Of a stretch of DNA of 64,000 nucleotides, positions 28,018 to 35,741 are shown piece after piece. The stretch covers positions 36,608-100,607 of IMG/VR virus record IMGVR_UViG_2824993554_000003; one strand, written 5' to 3'. Position 1 is the first letter of the stretch. Every line of letters begins with the position of its first letter. Below the pieces are notes generated by a model. It was not told the origin of the DNA, did not search any database, and was given only the letters and a program-made list of their open reading frames with translations. Made by a program: the position numbers and the translations under genes. This DNA is from a virus. Its lineage: Duplodnaviria; Caudoviricetes.

Positions 28018-28322
28018 CGGATTGTCTCCCCTTCGCCAGCGGAATAGAAGGCGTCACGGACCCGCTGCGCTCGGAAGGAGACGTCGTTCCATGCAAAACT
28101 AAGCGTCTCAAGCTGATGTTTCGTCAGCATGATCTTCACCAAGTCGTTGCTGCCGGTTTCCCGTGGTGTCAGTTGATCGTCGAGAAGGTCGGCGAGGATA
28201 TCGGCCATGTGATGGAGGCAACAAATATCGTGCTCCAGGTTTCGGAAGGCGCCTATGATTTCGGCGTCGTTGAGATCCGTTTTCGGCATAGCTTCGCCAG
28301 CGGCCGGAGTCGTGTTCGGCAT
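28014..28322 (-). CDS. Hypothetical early-left protein
   Basis: MPNTTPAAGEAMP N-terminus; GGAG RBS. Confidence 0.65.
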   Translation of the reverse strand: MPNTTPAAGEAMPKTDLNDAEIIGAFRNLEHDICCLHHMADILADLLDDQLTPRETGSNDLVKIMLTKHQLETLSFAWNDVSFRAQRVRDAFYSAGEGETIR

Positions 28323-28375
28323 TGTCTTTCTCCAAAATGTAGGGGTGGAGATCGGCGCAGTGCGCCGGTCGCTGG

Positions 28376-28705
28376 TTAGTTGCAGTGCCGGCAGTTGCGG
28401 ACCGCGGTCTTCAGACGGCGGCGCGCATTGGCCTCGTTCTTCTTGGCGTAGACGAGGTTCTGATAGGCGGCGTTCGTGTCACTCATCATCGCTTTCCACT
28501 CGTCGCTGTCGCGATCGACGCGGGCGAGCCCGCGCGTTGACTTCCAGTCGGCGTAGGCCTCGCGGAGGACCTGCTTTTTCGTGCTGGCGTTTGTCTCGTA
28601 GGCGTCGAGTTCGATCGCGCTGTTCGCAACGGCCACCATCAAGTGGATTTTGCGGGCCGTAAGAGCGATTGAAGACGTCGCATCTTTTGTGCTATGACTT
28701 CCCAT
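28376..28705 (-). CDS. Hypothetical early-left protein
   Basis: GAGGAG RBS; helical 109 aa. Confidence 0.6.
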   Translation of the reverse strand: MGSHSTKDATSSIALTARKIHLMVAVANSAIELDAYETNASTKKQVLREAYADWKSTRGLARVDRDSDEWKAMMSDTNAAYQNLVYAKKNEANARRRLKTAVRNCRHCN

Positions 28706-28722
28706 GTCCAAGACTCCTCAGT

Positions 28723-28953
28723 TTAGGACTTTGATTTCCGCTTGCAGGCGGCAGTCTTTTGAATTCGGCGATCACCGAGGTTGCAGCCTCGTTGGTCGCC
28801 GTTTCCGTTCTCAATACCCATATCTACCAACTGCCTTATTGCAGTAGCGCGGCTGGGCACCCGATTAGCGAACCGCCAATCATCAACCTTTCGGATCCAG
28901 TCGGCGGAAACAGCCAGCTGGAACCGTTCAGTTTTGGCGGCGTCCCTTGACAT
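28723..28953 (-). CDS. Ribbon-helix-helix (Arc/CopG-like) regulator
   Basis: TERFQLAVSADWIRKVDDWRFANRVPSRATAIRQLV. Confidence 0.75.
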   Translation of the reverse strand: MSRDAAKTERFQLAVSADWIRKVDDWRFANRVPSRATAIRQLVDMGIENGNGDQRGCNLGDRRIQKTAACKRKSKS

Positions 28954-29096
28954 CATTAACCTCCATCACTTCCATTGGTTTCGAAGTTAACCATACCGTC
29001 GTTTTTCCGTCAATCCCAAAACAGATGGAACTTCCATCACTTGTGGATGAGACCGTTTTCTGCCAGATATCAACCATCAACGCTGGAAGAAAGATT

Positions 29097-29534
29097 ATGT
29101 CCGACAAAGAGCTTAAGACGATCAAATTTCAGATGATGCTCTCCGAAAGCGAGGCGCAGGCGATCGACGATTGGTCGTTTTCCCACAGGATCCGATCGCG
29201 TGCGGAGGCAATTCGCCGCCTTTGCCAGATAGGTATGTTCGCGACGGTGGGTGCGCCGAAGACTGCTGCTCTTACCGCGAAAATGGTGGACCTTTTCGGG
29301 CGCGTTTATGTCCGCACAATGGACGGTAATCAGCCTCCTGAAGAGGAGCATAAAATCTTCAAGGACTTTTTCAACGACACCGGCATGTTGCACATCGAAA
29401 CAGCCACGGAAGCCGCCAAGCTTGACGCTATGATTGCAGCTCTGGCCTCGGGCAAAAACTTCGATGACGCAGTCCGTGCTGCCAGGGAAGCTGAGAATTC
29501 CTATAACCAGGCGTTGGACGCTACAGAGCCTTGA
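29097..29534 (+). CDS. Ribbon-helix-helix regulator with C-terminal extension
   Basis: TIKFQMMLSESEAQAIDDWSFSHRIRSRAEAIRRLC; divergent from its paralogue. Confidence 0.75.
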   Translation: MSDKELKTIKFQMMLSESEAQAIDDWSFSHRIRSRAEAIRRLCQIGMFATVGAPKTAALTAKMVDLFGRVYVRTMDGNQPPEEEHKIFKDFFNDTGMLHIETATEAAKLDAMIAALASGKNFDDAVRAAREAENSYNQALDATEP

Positions 29535-29720
29535 TTCTGACAGCCTGACGGCAATGATCTGCGATCGGAGCGCCATTCGATGCTCCATGATTGCCTGTGC
29601 ACCGGCGTTGTCAGATCGCGCTCGGGCAGAAAGATGACGGCCAAGCAGCTGCGGATTGTTTTTTATAACAGCGCAGGGCCGCTTCATGAGTGCTCCATCG
29701 ACTAGATGAAGGCATCCTAG

Positions 29721-29767
29721 CGCATGATTTTTCGCGCGTCAACAAAACATGTATGAAATATCACACC
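29721..29767. promoter_or_regulatory. Putative OL operators (2 sites)
   Basis: CGCGCGAAAAATCATGCG (reverse complement of 29721-29738) and TGTATGAAATATCACACC (29750-29767) match the OR motif. Confidence 0.55.
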
Positions 29768-29790
29768 TCATCTTATCTGGGTAAAAACGC

Positions 29791-30525
29791 TCAGACGGAG
29801 AGTTGTCGCCTGACTCTTACGGCAGTCCCCATTAACAAAACCGCAGCATTGTCTTCGGCGTTCCGATACCCATTGGGTATTTCAGTACGCGGTCGGCGCC
29901 CGAGAACGATGGGGTCAAGGTTTCTCTGCTTGGATTTGCATACTAGGTGAACTTGATTTCCTTGAAGGGAGATGGCCCGAAGGCTGGTTTCCGAGATCCT
30001 TGGGTTATCCAAAGATACGTGGGCGACCACTAATTTTCCTTCGGAGAGAGAGATGGGAAGTTCGCTGTCATCAAGAGCGCTTATGACATCTCCCTTCAGG
30101 ATACCAATTGCTTCCATCGAGTCGTCGCCCATGGCGTACTCGAATATCGCCTGGTCGGGAAAACGTAAGTCTTTGTAAGTTATGAAGCGCTCGAGCGTTT
30201 TGACCTCACCCTCGTTGATCTCGGATGTCGATTTATAGACGCCAGCCCTCAAGACTTCCATGATCTCGCCCGGTGCCGGCTCAAATTGGGCAATGAAATC
30301 ATGAAGTAGCTCCCCGTCTTCCACCTTGCCCAAAAGGTAATCTATGGAGCATTGCAGAGGTCCAGTAAGCTTCAGAAGCGTGTCCATCCTCGGGTGGGCT
30401 GCACGACCTAAAATGATATCTCTCACAGACGAGCGCCCCAGCCCCGCTTCGAGGGCGACGCTCGACGGGTTTTTGCCGAGTTCGTCCAGTCTCTTCTGAA
30501 TTCTTGCGCCTAAATCTCTAATCAT
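29791..30525 (-). CDS. CI-like repressor (XRE HTH + S24-like domain)
   Basis: PSSVALEAGLGRSSVRDIILGRAAHPRMDTLLKL HTH; GDDSMEAIGILKGD. Confidence 0.85.
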   Translation of the reverse strand: MIRDLGARIQKRLDELGKNPSSVALEAGLGRSSVRDIILGRAAHPRMDTLLKLTGPLQCSIDYLLGKVEDGELLHDFIAQFEPAPGEIMEVLRAGVYKSTSEINEGEVKTLERFITYKDLRFPDQAIFEYAMGDDSMEAIGILKGDVISALDDSELPISLSEGKLVVAHVSLDNPRISETSLRAISLQGNQVHLVCKSKQRNLDPIVLGRRPRTEIPNGYRNAEDNAAVLLMGTAVRVRRQLSV

Positions 30526-30609
30526 GTCTGTAATATCCTACATAAATGGCTTGCTGACGAGCGCGAAATATCATACATACGAGGAGAATTCTGCGGGAAA
30601 CATCAAACA
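30525..30609. promoter_or_regulatory. Putative OR operators (3 sites)
   Basis: TGTCTGTAATATCCTACA 30525, AGCGCGAAATATCATACA 30560, TGCGGGAAACATCAAACA 30592. Confidence 0.6.
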
Positions 30610-30619
30610 AGGTTAACGG

Positions 30620-30892
30620 ATGGAAGACGAGCTGAGGGCGATATTGCTTTCAACGGCCGAGGCTTACGCGGCCATAGCCAGTTGCGGAATGACGACCGTC
30701 GCGCGCAGGGTGAAGAACAATGCTGCCTTTTTTAAGCGCCTGTCGGATCCGGGGACTAGCTTCACGGCCCGATCGTTCGACGAGGTCATGGGATGGTTTG
30801 CGGAGAATTGGCCGAGCGATTCTCAGAGGCCATTGGAACTGCTCCGATGGATGAAGGACAGCAGATATTGCCAGCGGAAGATCCCGGCATGA
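30620..30892 (+). CDS. Cro-like regulator
   Basis: Divergent from CI; TTVARRVKNNAAFFKRL...VMGWFAENWP. Confidence 0.7.
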   Translation: MEDELRAILLSTAEAYAAIASCGMTTVARRVKNNAAFFKRLSDPGTSFTARSFDEVMGWFAENWPSDSQRPLELLRWMKDSRYCQRKIPA

Positions 30893-31134
30893 CCGCGACA
30901 CCCGAAGAGCAAACCGCTGCCTGGGAAATATACCGCCTGGCGAAGATCAAAGCCGATAGCTCCCTCGGCTTTCAGGATGGGCGCGCCGCGGCTTTGGCTT
31001 GGCGCGTGTTCATCGACCTCTTCACAAACGATCCGGCGCCGACGCCATTCGACCTTCATCGGAATGTCGTGATCTTTCCAGCTCACAAGGCCCCCAGATC
31101 AGGAGGATCACGCCACGATGAACGAAGATCTTGA
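30889..31134 (+). CDS. Hypothetical protein
   Basis: ATGA overlap; AWEIYRLAK..DGRAAALAWRVFIDLF. Confidence 0.6.
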   Translation: MTATPEEQTAAWEIYRLAKIKADSSLGFQDGRAAALAWRVFIDLFTNDPAPTPFDLHRNVVIFPAHKAPRSGGSRHDERRS

Positions 31135-31888
31135 CGTGCAACGGCTGCCATACATGCCGCTGCAGATCGAGCGCCTTCGCAAGTCGAAGGCGTGGCTGAG
31201 GTGCAAGCGGAATCCGGAAATCGCGTTTTACATGGTGAACCTCTGGATGCGCGCCTGGCACGAGATCCCGGCCGGCAGCATCGAGGACGATGACGACGTT
31301 TTGGCCGATGCCGCCATGTGCTCCCCGGAGAAGTGGGAAGAGCTGAAAGACGACATCCTGAGGGGCTGGGATCGCCGCGACGGACGCGTGTGGCACAGCA
31401 CTGTCATAGAGATTGCGACAGAGGCAGTCGGCAAGCTTCGCATGAACAAGTCGCGCACTGCGGCAGCTCGGGAGGCGCGTGAACTTCAACGTCAGTCTTC
31501 TGTGACAGGCACTGTGACAGAGGATGTCACTGACACTGTTACAGAGCACGAAGGGAAGGGAAGGGAAGAGAAGGGAATAGAAGATAAAACAACATCTGAC
31601 GATGTTGTTGCCGCCGCCCCGTCGATTTCCCTGGATTTTGCCTTCGAAGCGCAGACGATCCGGTTGTCGCCGGCTCACCTGCAGCAGTGGCGGAAGGCAT
31701 TCCCGCATATTTCCCTCGAGGCGGAGCTTTTGGCGCTGGACGAATGGGCGGGTACCAAAGGCAATCGATGGTTTGCTGCTGTCAGCGGGGCTTTGGCGAA
31801 AAAAGAGCGAGCGGCGGTCGATCGCGTCAGCACCGCCGCAGCGGTTCGCGATCGAGGAGGCGGCCGGCGGCCTGATCCCCGAATATGA
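31118..31888 (+). CDS. Replication initiator (DUF1376/YdaU-like)
   Basis: LPYMPLQIERLRKS, LWMRAWHEIPAGSIEDDDDVLA; internal iterons and GKGREEKG linker. Confidence 0.75.
   Translation: MNEDLDVQRLPYMPLQIERLRKSKAWLRCKRNPEIAFYMVNLWMRAWHEIPAGSIEDDDDVLADAAMCSPEKWEELKDDILRGWDRRDGRVWHSTVIEIATEAVGKLRMNKSRTAAAREARELQRQSSVTGTVTEDVTDTVTEHEGKGREEKGIEDKTTSDDVVAAAPSISLDFAFEAQTIRLSPAHLQQWRKAFPHISLEAELLALDEWAGTKGNRWFAAVSGALAKKERAAVDRVSTAAAVRDRGGGRRPDPRI
31500..31590. repeat. Iteron-like repeats / putative phage origin
   Basis: CTGTGACAG 31500, CTGTGACAG 31512, ATGTCACTG 31524, CTGTTACAG 31536 (12-bp period), then a purine-rich tract. Confidence 0.65.
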
Positions 31889-32175
31889 AAACCGTCGACC
31901 AGATCCTTCGCGAATACGGAATCCAGCTCAGGCGAGCTGGCCCCGGCAATCAGAAAACAACCTGTCCAAAATGCTCATCGAACCGGCGCAACAAGCGTGA
32001 GCCCTGCCTATCGGTCCGGATCGATGCTGAGGGCGTCCAGTTCAACTGTCACCATTGCGGCTTCCATGGAGGCGATTTCTTTGACCAACACTCTCGGCCC
32101 GGCGGGCGCACTGGCATTCCAAAACCGGCAGATCGACCCTCAGGTCGCCGTTCTTTCCGGAGCCTATACGGGTAG
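31885..32175 (+). CDS. Primase zinc-binding domain as a separate ORF
   Basis: KTTCPKCS...PCLSV...FNCHHCG. Confidence 0.75.
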   Translation: MKTVDQILREYGIQLRRAGPGNQKTTCPKCSSNRRNKREPCLSVRIDAEGVQFNCHHCGFHGGDFFDQHSRPGGRTGIPKPADRPSGRRSFRSLYG

Positions 32176-33682
32176 GGCCGTTACTGGCGCTGATGGTCAA
32201 ACAACCGTCGAGCCGGACTCGTCAGGCAACATCGTCGTCTTCCCGTTCATCGATGGTGGCCGGTCGGTCGGCGAAAAGTACCGGGCGCCAGGCAAAAAGT
32301 TCTGGCAGCGGAAGGGCGGGCGAAAGACGTTTTGGAATGCCGATTGCATGGACGATACGGCGCTTGAGGACGGGCATAAGGCGCTCATCATCACCGAAGG
32401 CGAGATCGATGCACTCACTGCAATCGACTGCGGCTTTCACACGACGGTGAGCGTCCCGGACGGTGCTCCGCCTGTTAGGGAAGGGGAACTTCCAGAACAG
32501 CTCGACGATGCGGCACCCGATGATGACAGCCATGGGAAATTCGAATTCGTCTTCAACAACAGGCATCGGATCAAACGCATCAAGCGGTTCATCCTGGCTG
32601 TCGACAACGATCCGCCCGGCCGACGTCTAGCGGCGGAACTGGTAAGGCGGCTCGGCGCCGCTCGATGTTCGTTCGTGAACTATCCGGAAGGTTGCAAGGA
32701 TCTGAACGACGTCCGAATGCAGCACGGTGCCGATGCCGTCGTGCGTGTGATCACCGAGGCCAAGCCATATCCGGTGCGGGGCATCTACCTTCTTTCCGAT
32801 TATCCCGAGCTCGACGAGCCGAAAACCTACTCGACAGGCTGGCCAGACCTCGACCCCTACCTTCAACTCTGGCTCGGCGAGTTGTTGGTGGTGACCGGCA
32901 TTCCCGGGCATGGCAAGTCCACCTGGACGATGAACCTGTGTGTCAATCTCGCCCGTGTCCACGGGTGGCGTATCGGTGTGGCCTCGTTCGAAATCCCGAC
33001 GGTGCCGGCTCTGCGTTTCAAGCTTCGGCTGGCAGCGTCAAAGACGGAAACAAAGCAGTGGACGCGCGATCTCGTCGCCGATGCCGACGTGTTTATCCAG
33101 AAGCATTTTGTTTTCATCGATGCCGACCCGACCGGCGAAACTGACGATGATATGACGCTTGAATGGCTGCTTGATCGCGCCGCGGATGCCGTCATTCGCC
33201 ACTCGATCAAGGTTCTGGTCATCGATCCGTGGAACGAGGTCGAGCACTATCGGCCGCGCAACGAAAGCGAAACCCAATACATCAATCGCGCGCTTCGGCA
33301 GATCCGAAAGTTTGCCCTCCGGCACGAAGTGCTCGCTATCGTCGTCGCGCATCCCACAAAGGATCTCGGCAAGGGCGGGGAAGCCAGGACGCCGACCATG
33401 TACGACATCGAAGGCTCGGCAGCCTGGTACAACAAGCCGGATCATGGCGTCGTGATCGATGTTCCCGATCCTGAGCTGAACGAGACAGTCGTCTGGGTCA
33501 AAAAAGCCCGCTTCTCATGGTCTGGCCGCAAAGGCGACGTCACGCTGCAATACCTGCCAGAGGTCGAGGGATATCAATCTCTGGACGGCTTCGCGCCGCT
33601 GTGGAAGTCGGCCCGTGGGGAGCCGGAATACCAACCACCAAGGCAACCAAGATCCAATGCCTATCAGGGAAAGGAACACTAA
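32081..33682 (+). CDS. TOPRIM primase-SF4 helicase (T7 gp4/Twinkle-like)
   Basis: GGAGG 8 nt before TTG 32081; IITEGEIDAL, LAVDNDPPG, CKDLND, Walker A TGIPGHGKST, VIDPWN, VVAHP, DIEGS. Confidence 0.9.
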   Translation: MTNTLGPAGALAFQNRQIDPQVAVLSGAYTGRAVTGADGQTTVEPDSSGNIVVFPFIDGGRSVGEKYRAPGKKFWQRKGGRKTFWNADCMDDTALEDGHKALIITEGEIDALTAIDCGFHTTVSVPDGAPPVREGELPEQLDDAAPDDDSHGKFEFVFNNRHRIKRIKRFILAVDNDPPGRRLAAELVRRLGAARCSFVNYPEGCKDLNDVRMQHGADAVVRVITEAKPYPVRGIYLLSDYPELDEPKTYSTGWPDLDPYLQLWLGELLVVTGIPGHGKSTWTMNLCVNLARVHGWRIGVASFEIPTVPALRFKLRLAASKTETKQWTRDLVADADVFIQKHFVFIDADPTGETDDDMTLEWLLDRAADAVIRHSIKVLVIDPWNEVEHYRPRNESETQYINRALRQIRKFALRHEVLAIVVAHPTKDLGKGGEARTPTMYDIEGSAAWYNKPDHGVVIDVPDPELNETVVWVKKARFSWSGRKGDVTLQYLPEVEGYQSLDGFAPLWKSARGEPEYQPPRQPRSNAYQGKEH

Positions 33683-34227
33683 TGGCCGGCAAGAGGAAGC
33701 CGAAGGTCGAGCTGGTGTGGCGGCCGAAGACAAAGTTGGCAGATGTGTATGTCGACAATCCCTTCCATTCCCGTGCTCATGACGCGGCCGAAACAAACCC
33801 GGTCAAGATCAAAGCACAGGTCAACATCAGGGAAAGCGCCATAGCCACGCTTGCAGCGCGCAAGCATATCAACGAGGCCCAGGTGCGCGCCGCCGATCGC
33901 TTCCGCTCACTATGGGAGGCTATGGGGGGAGCTGGCGCGGGATCGTTCGATTACAGTCGCGAGCCTGTCGATGGTGGCGGCGCACGAGAGCCGCTGACAG
34001 AACGGCAGATCCGCGCCGGCATTGAACTGAAAATGGCCCGCGAAGTCCTTGGCAACCGAGCCTATGGCATCATGAGCAAGATCGCCGGGGAAGGGTATGC
34101 CATACAGGAGCTGGCAAGCAGCCATCGCGAACGCACGACGCTTACAGATTATCTAAAGGATGGGCTGGACGAGCTCGCGCGCAACTGGGGCTATGAAAAC
34201 CGTGGAACCGAACGCAAGAGAGCATGA
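33682..34227 (+). CDS. DUF6456-like putative late-gene regulator
   Basis: INEAQVRAADRFRSLWE..FDYSREPVDGG; C-terminal HTH-like; Q-like position. Confidence 0.6.
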   Translation: MAGKRKPKVELVWRPKTKLADVYVDNPFHSRAHDAAETNPVKIKAQVNIRESAIATLAARKHINEAQVRAADRFRSLWEAMGGAGAGSFDYSREPVDGGGAREPLTERQIRAGIELKMAREVLGNRAYGIMSKIAGEGYAIQELASSHRERTTLTDYLKDGLDELARNWGYENRGTERKRA

Positions 34228-34323
34228 CGATCTCTTGCGCCGTTACAACGAACAGGCTATAGATTACCTATAGTCAGGATTTGCGAGTGGCAGGGGGCGT
34301 TCTTAAACGCGGCCAAATCCCAT

Positions 34324-34590
34324 CTACTCGGATAGGAACGGCTTTCCCTGGCCGTGGACCTGGTCGAAGCCGGTCAGAAAACTTCGTGTCCAGTCCAGAA
34401 GCTCCAGTTGCTCTTTGACATCGCCTTCCGTGTTGTCACGGAGCTCGTAGTAGGCATCGCTCAGTTTCTTGAGAAACCTATCAGTAAAGCTAGGGTCGCT
34501 CTCGTTGATTGTTTGCACGATGCACGTAGCAAGAAGTGATACGCCTACCTTGGCTCGGTGAAGGTCGGTACGCTTGTCGTTTGTAGTCAT
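34324..34590 (-). CDS. Hypothetical moron protein
   Basis: AGGAG RBS, 88 aa, antisense to flanking operons. Confidence 0.65.
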   Translation of the reverse strand: MTTNDKRTDLHRAKVGVSLLATCIVQTINESDPSFTDRFLKKLSDAYYELRDNTEGDVKEQLELLDWTRSFLTGFDQVHGQGKPFLSE

Positions 34591-34636
34591 AGGTGTCTCC
34601 TAGCTGCGTCGCGTTGGTGAATCCTCTTAAGTCGCC

Positions 34637-34831
34637 TCATTCTCGCGGAATGCCGCTGCACCTTTCAACGATGAAGACTGCCGCAAGATCAGGATTAGGC
34701 TGATTCTTACTTACGATCGGGCTCAGACGGGCATAGCAGCTATCGAAGTCATTTTTCTTCGTAGCTAATGTCACGCTTACCAAGGCAAACCCCAGAACGA
34801 TGGACCCCGCTATCAGCTTTGTTTGTAACAT
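34637..34831 (-). CDS. Small exported/membrane protein with two Cys
   Basis: GGAG RBS; N-terminal hydrophobic helix. Confidence 0.5.
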   Translation of the reverse strand: MLQTKLIAGSIVLGFALVSVTLATKKNDFDSCYARLSPIVSKNQPNPDLAAVFIVERCSGIPRE

Positions 34832-34987
34832 GAGCGCTCCAATTTTCGAACCAATGTGAGTCAATCCTGAGTCTGCCCGCCGATACAAGGGGGCGAGCTC
34901 GCTTTGCCTTCTTGCAGCCGTGAGTACAAACGCGTCGTCATCAAAGGTGAGAATGGTGACAGGCCGGCCCTACCAAGGAGAACTTTA

Positions 34988-35224
34988 ATGGATCCTTCGA
35001 TTGCTCCGGCCTCGCGGGCCGCAGTGGTGACGCCGAACGATACCGCCATCGTCGGTGCGCGCGCACTCTATATCGGCACGGCGGGCGATGTTGCCATTGC
35101 GCCGCGCCGGGACGTGGATCCGGTGATTTTCAGGAGCGTGCCGGCCGGGACGATCCTACCCGTGCATGCGGCTATCGTGGCGCTGACCGGGACGACGGCA
35201 TCCAACATCATCGCCCTCTTCTAA
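34988..35224 (+). CDS. Head spike base protein (RcGTA Rcc01079-like)
   Basis: PASRAAVVTPND..ARALYIGTAGDVA..FRSVPAGTILPV..VALTGTTASNIIAL; AGGAG RBS. Confidence 0.75.
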   Translation: MDPSIAPASRAAVVTPNDTAIVGARALYIGTAGDVAIAPRRDVDPVIFRSVPAGTILPVHAAIVALTGTTASNIIALF

Positions 35225-35267
35225 AAAGGGCGCGCATTACGTCCAGCCGATCAGAAGGCAGGAGACA

Positions 35268-35741
35268 ATGACAGGCAGACCGACAAAGTTCACGCATTCC
35301 CTCGCCGACGTCATCTGTGAGCGCATCGCCGATGGCGAAAGCCTCCGATCGATCTGCAGGGACGACGCAATGCCGGCGAAGTCGACCGTGCTTGCATGGC
35401 TGGCTGATGACGAGAAGTTCGCATTTCGGACCAAGTACGCGCAGGCGCGAGAGATCCAGGCCGACGGCTTTGTCGACGAGATGGTCGAGATTGCCGACGA
35501 CGGCACGAACGACTGGATGGAAAAGAAAAACGCCGACGGTGAAACGAGCGGCTGGCAAGAGAATGGCGAGGTCCTTCGACGCTCGCAGCTCCGCATCTCA
35601 ACCCGGCAGTGGATCGCCGAGAAACTGAAGCCGAAGAAGTACGGCGCCAAGGTCGAGCTGGAACACGGCGTGACCGGCGAGGTGTCGCAGCTCCTGGAAG
35701 CGATCAATGGCAAGACCCGCGGACTTCCAAACGGCGGTTGA
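35268..35741 (+). CDS. Terminase small subunit (Sf6-like)
   Basis: GRPTKFT..ICERIADGESLRSIC..MP..STVLAWL..KLKPKKYG. Confidence 0.9.
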   Translation: MTGRPTKFTHSLADVICERIADGESLRSICRDDAMPAKSTVLAWLADDEKFAFRTKYAQAREIQADGFVDEMVEIADDGTNDWMEKKNADGETSGWQENGEVLRRSQLRISTRQWIAEKLKPKKYGAKVELEHGVTGEVSQLLEAINGKTRGLPNGG

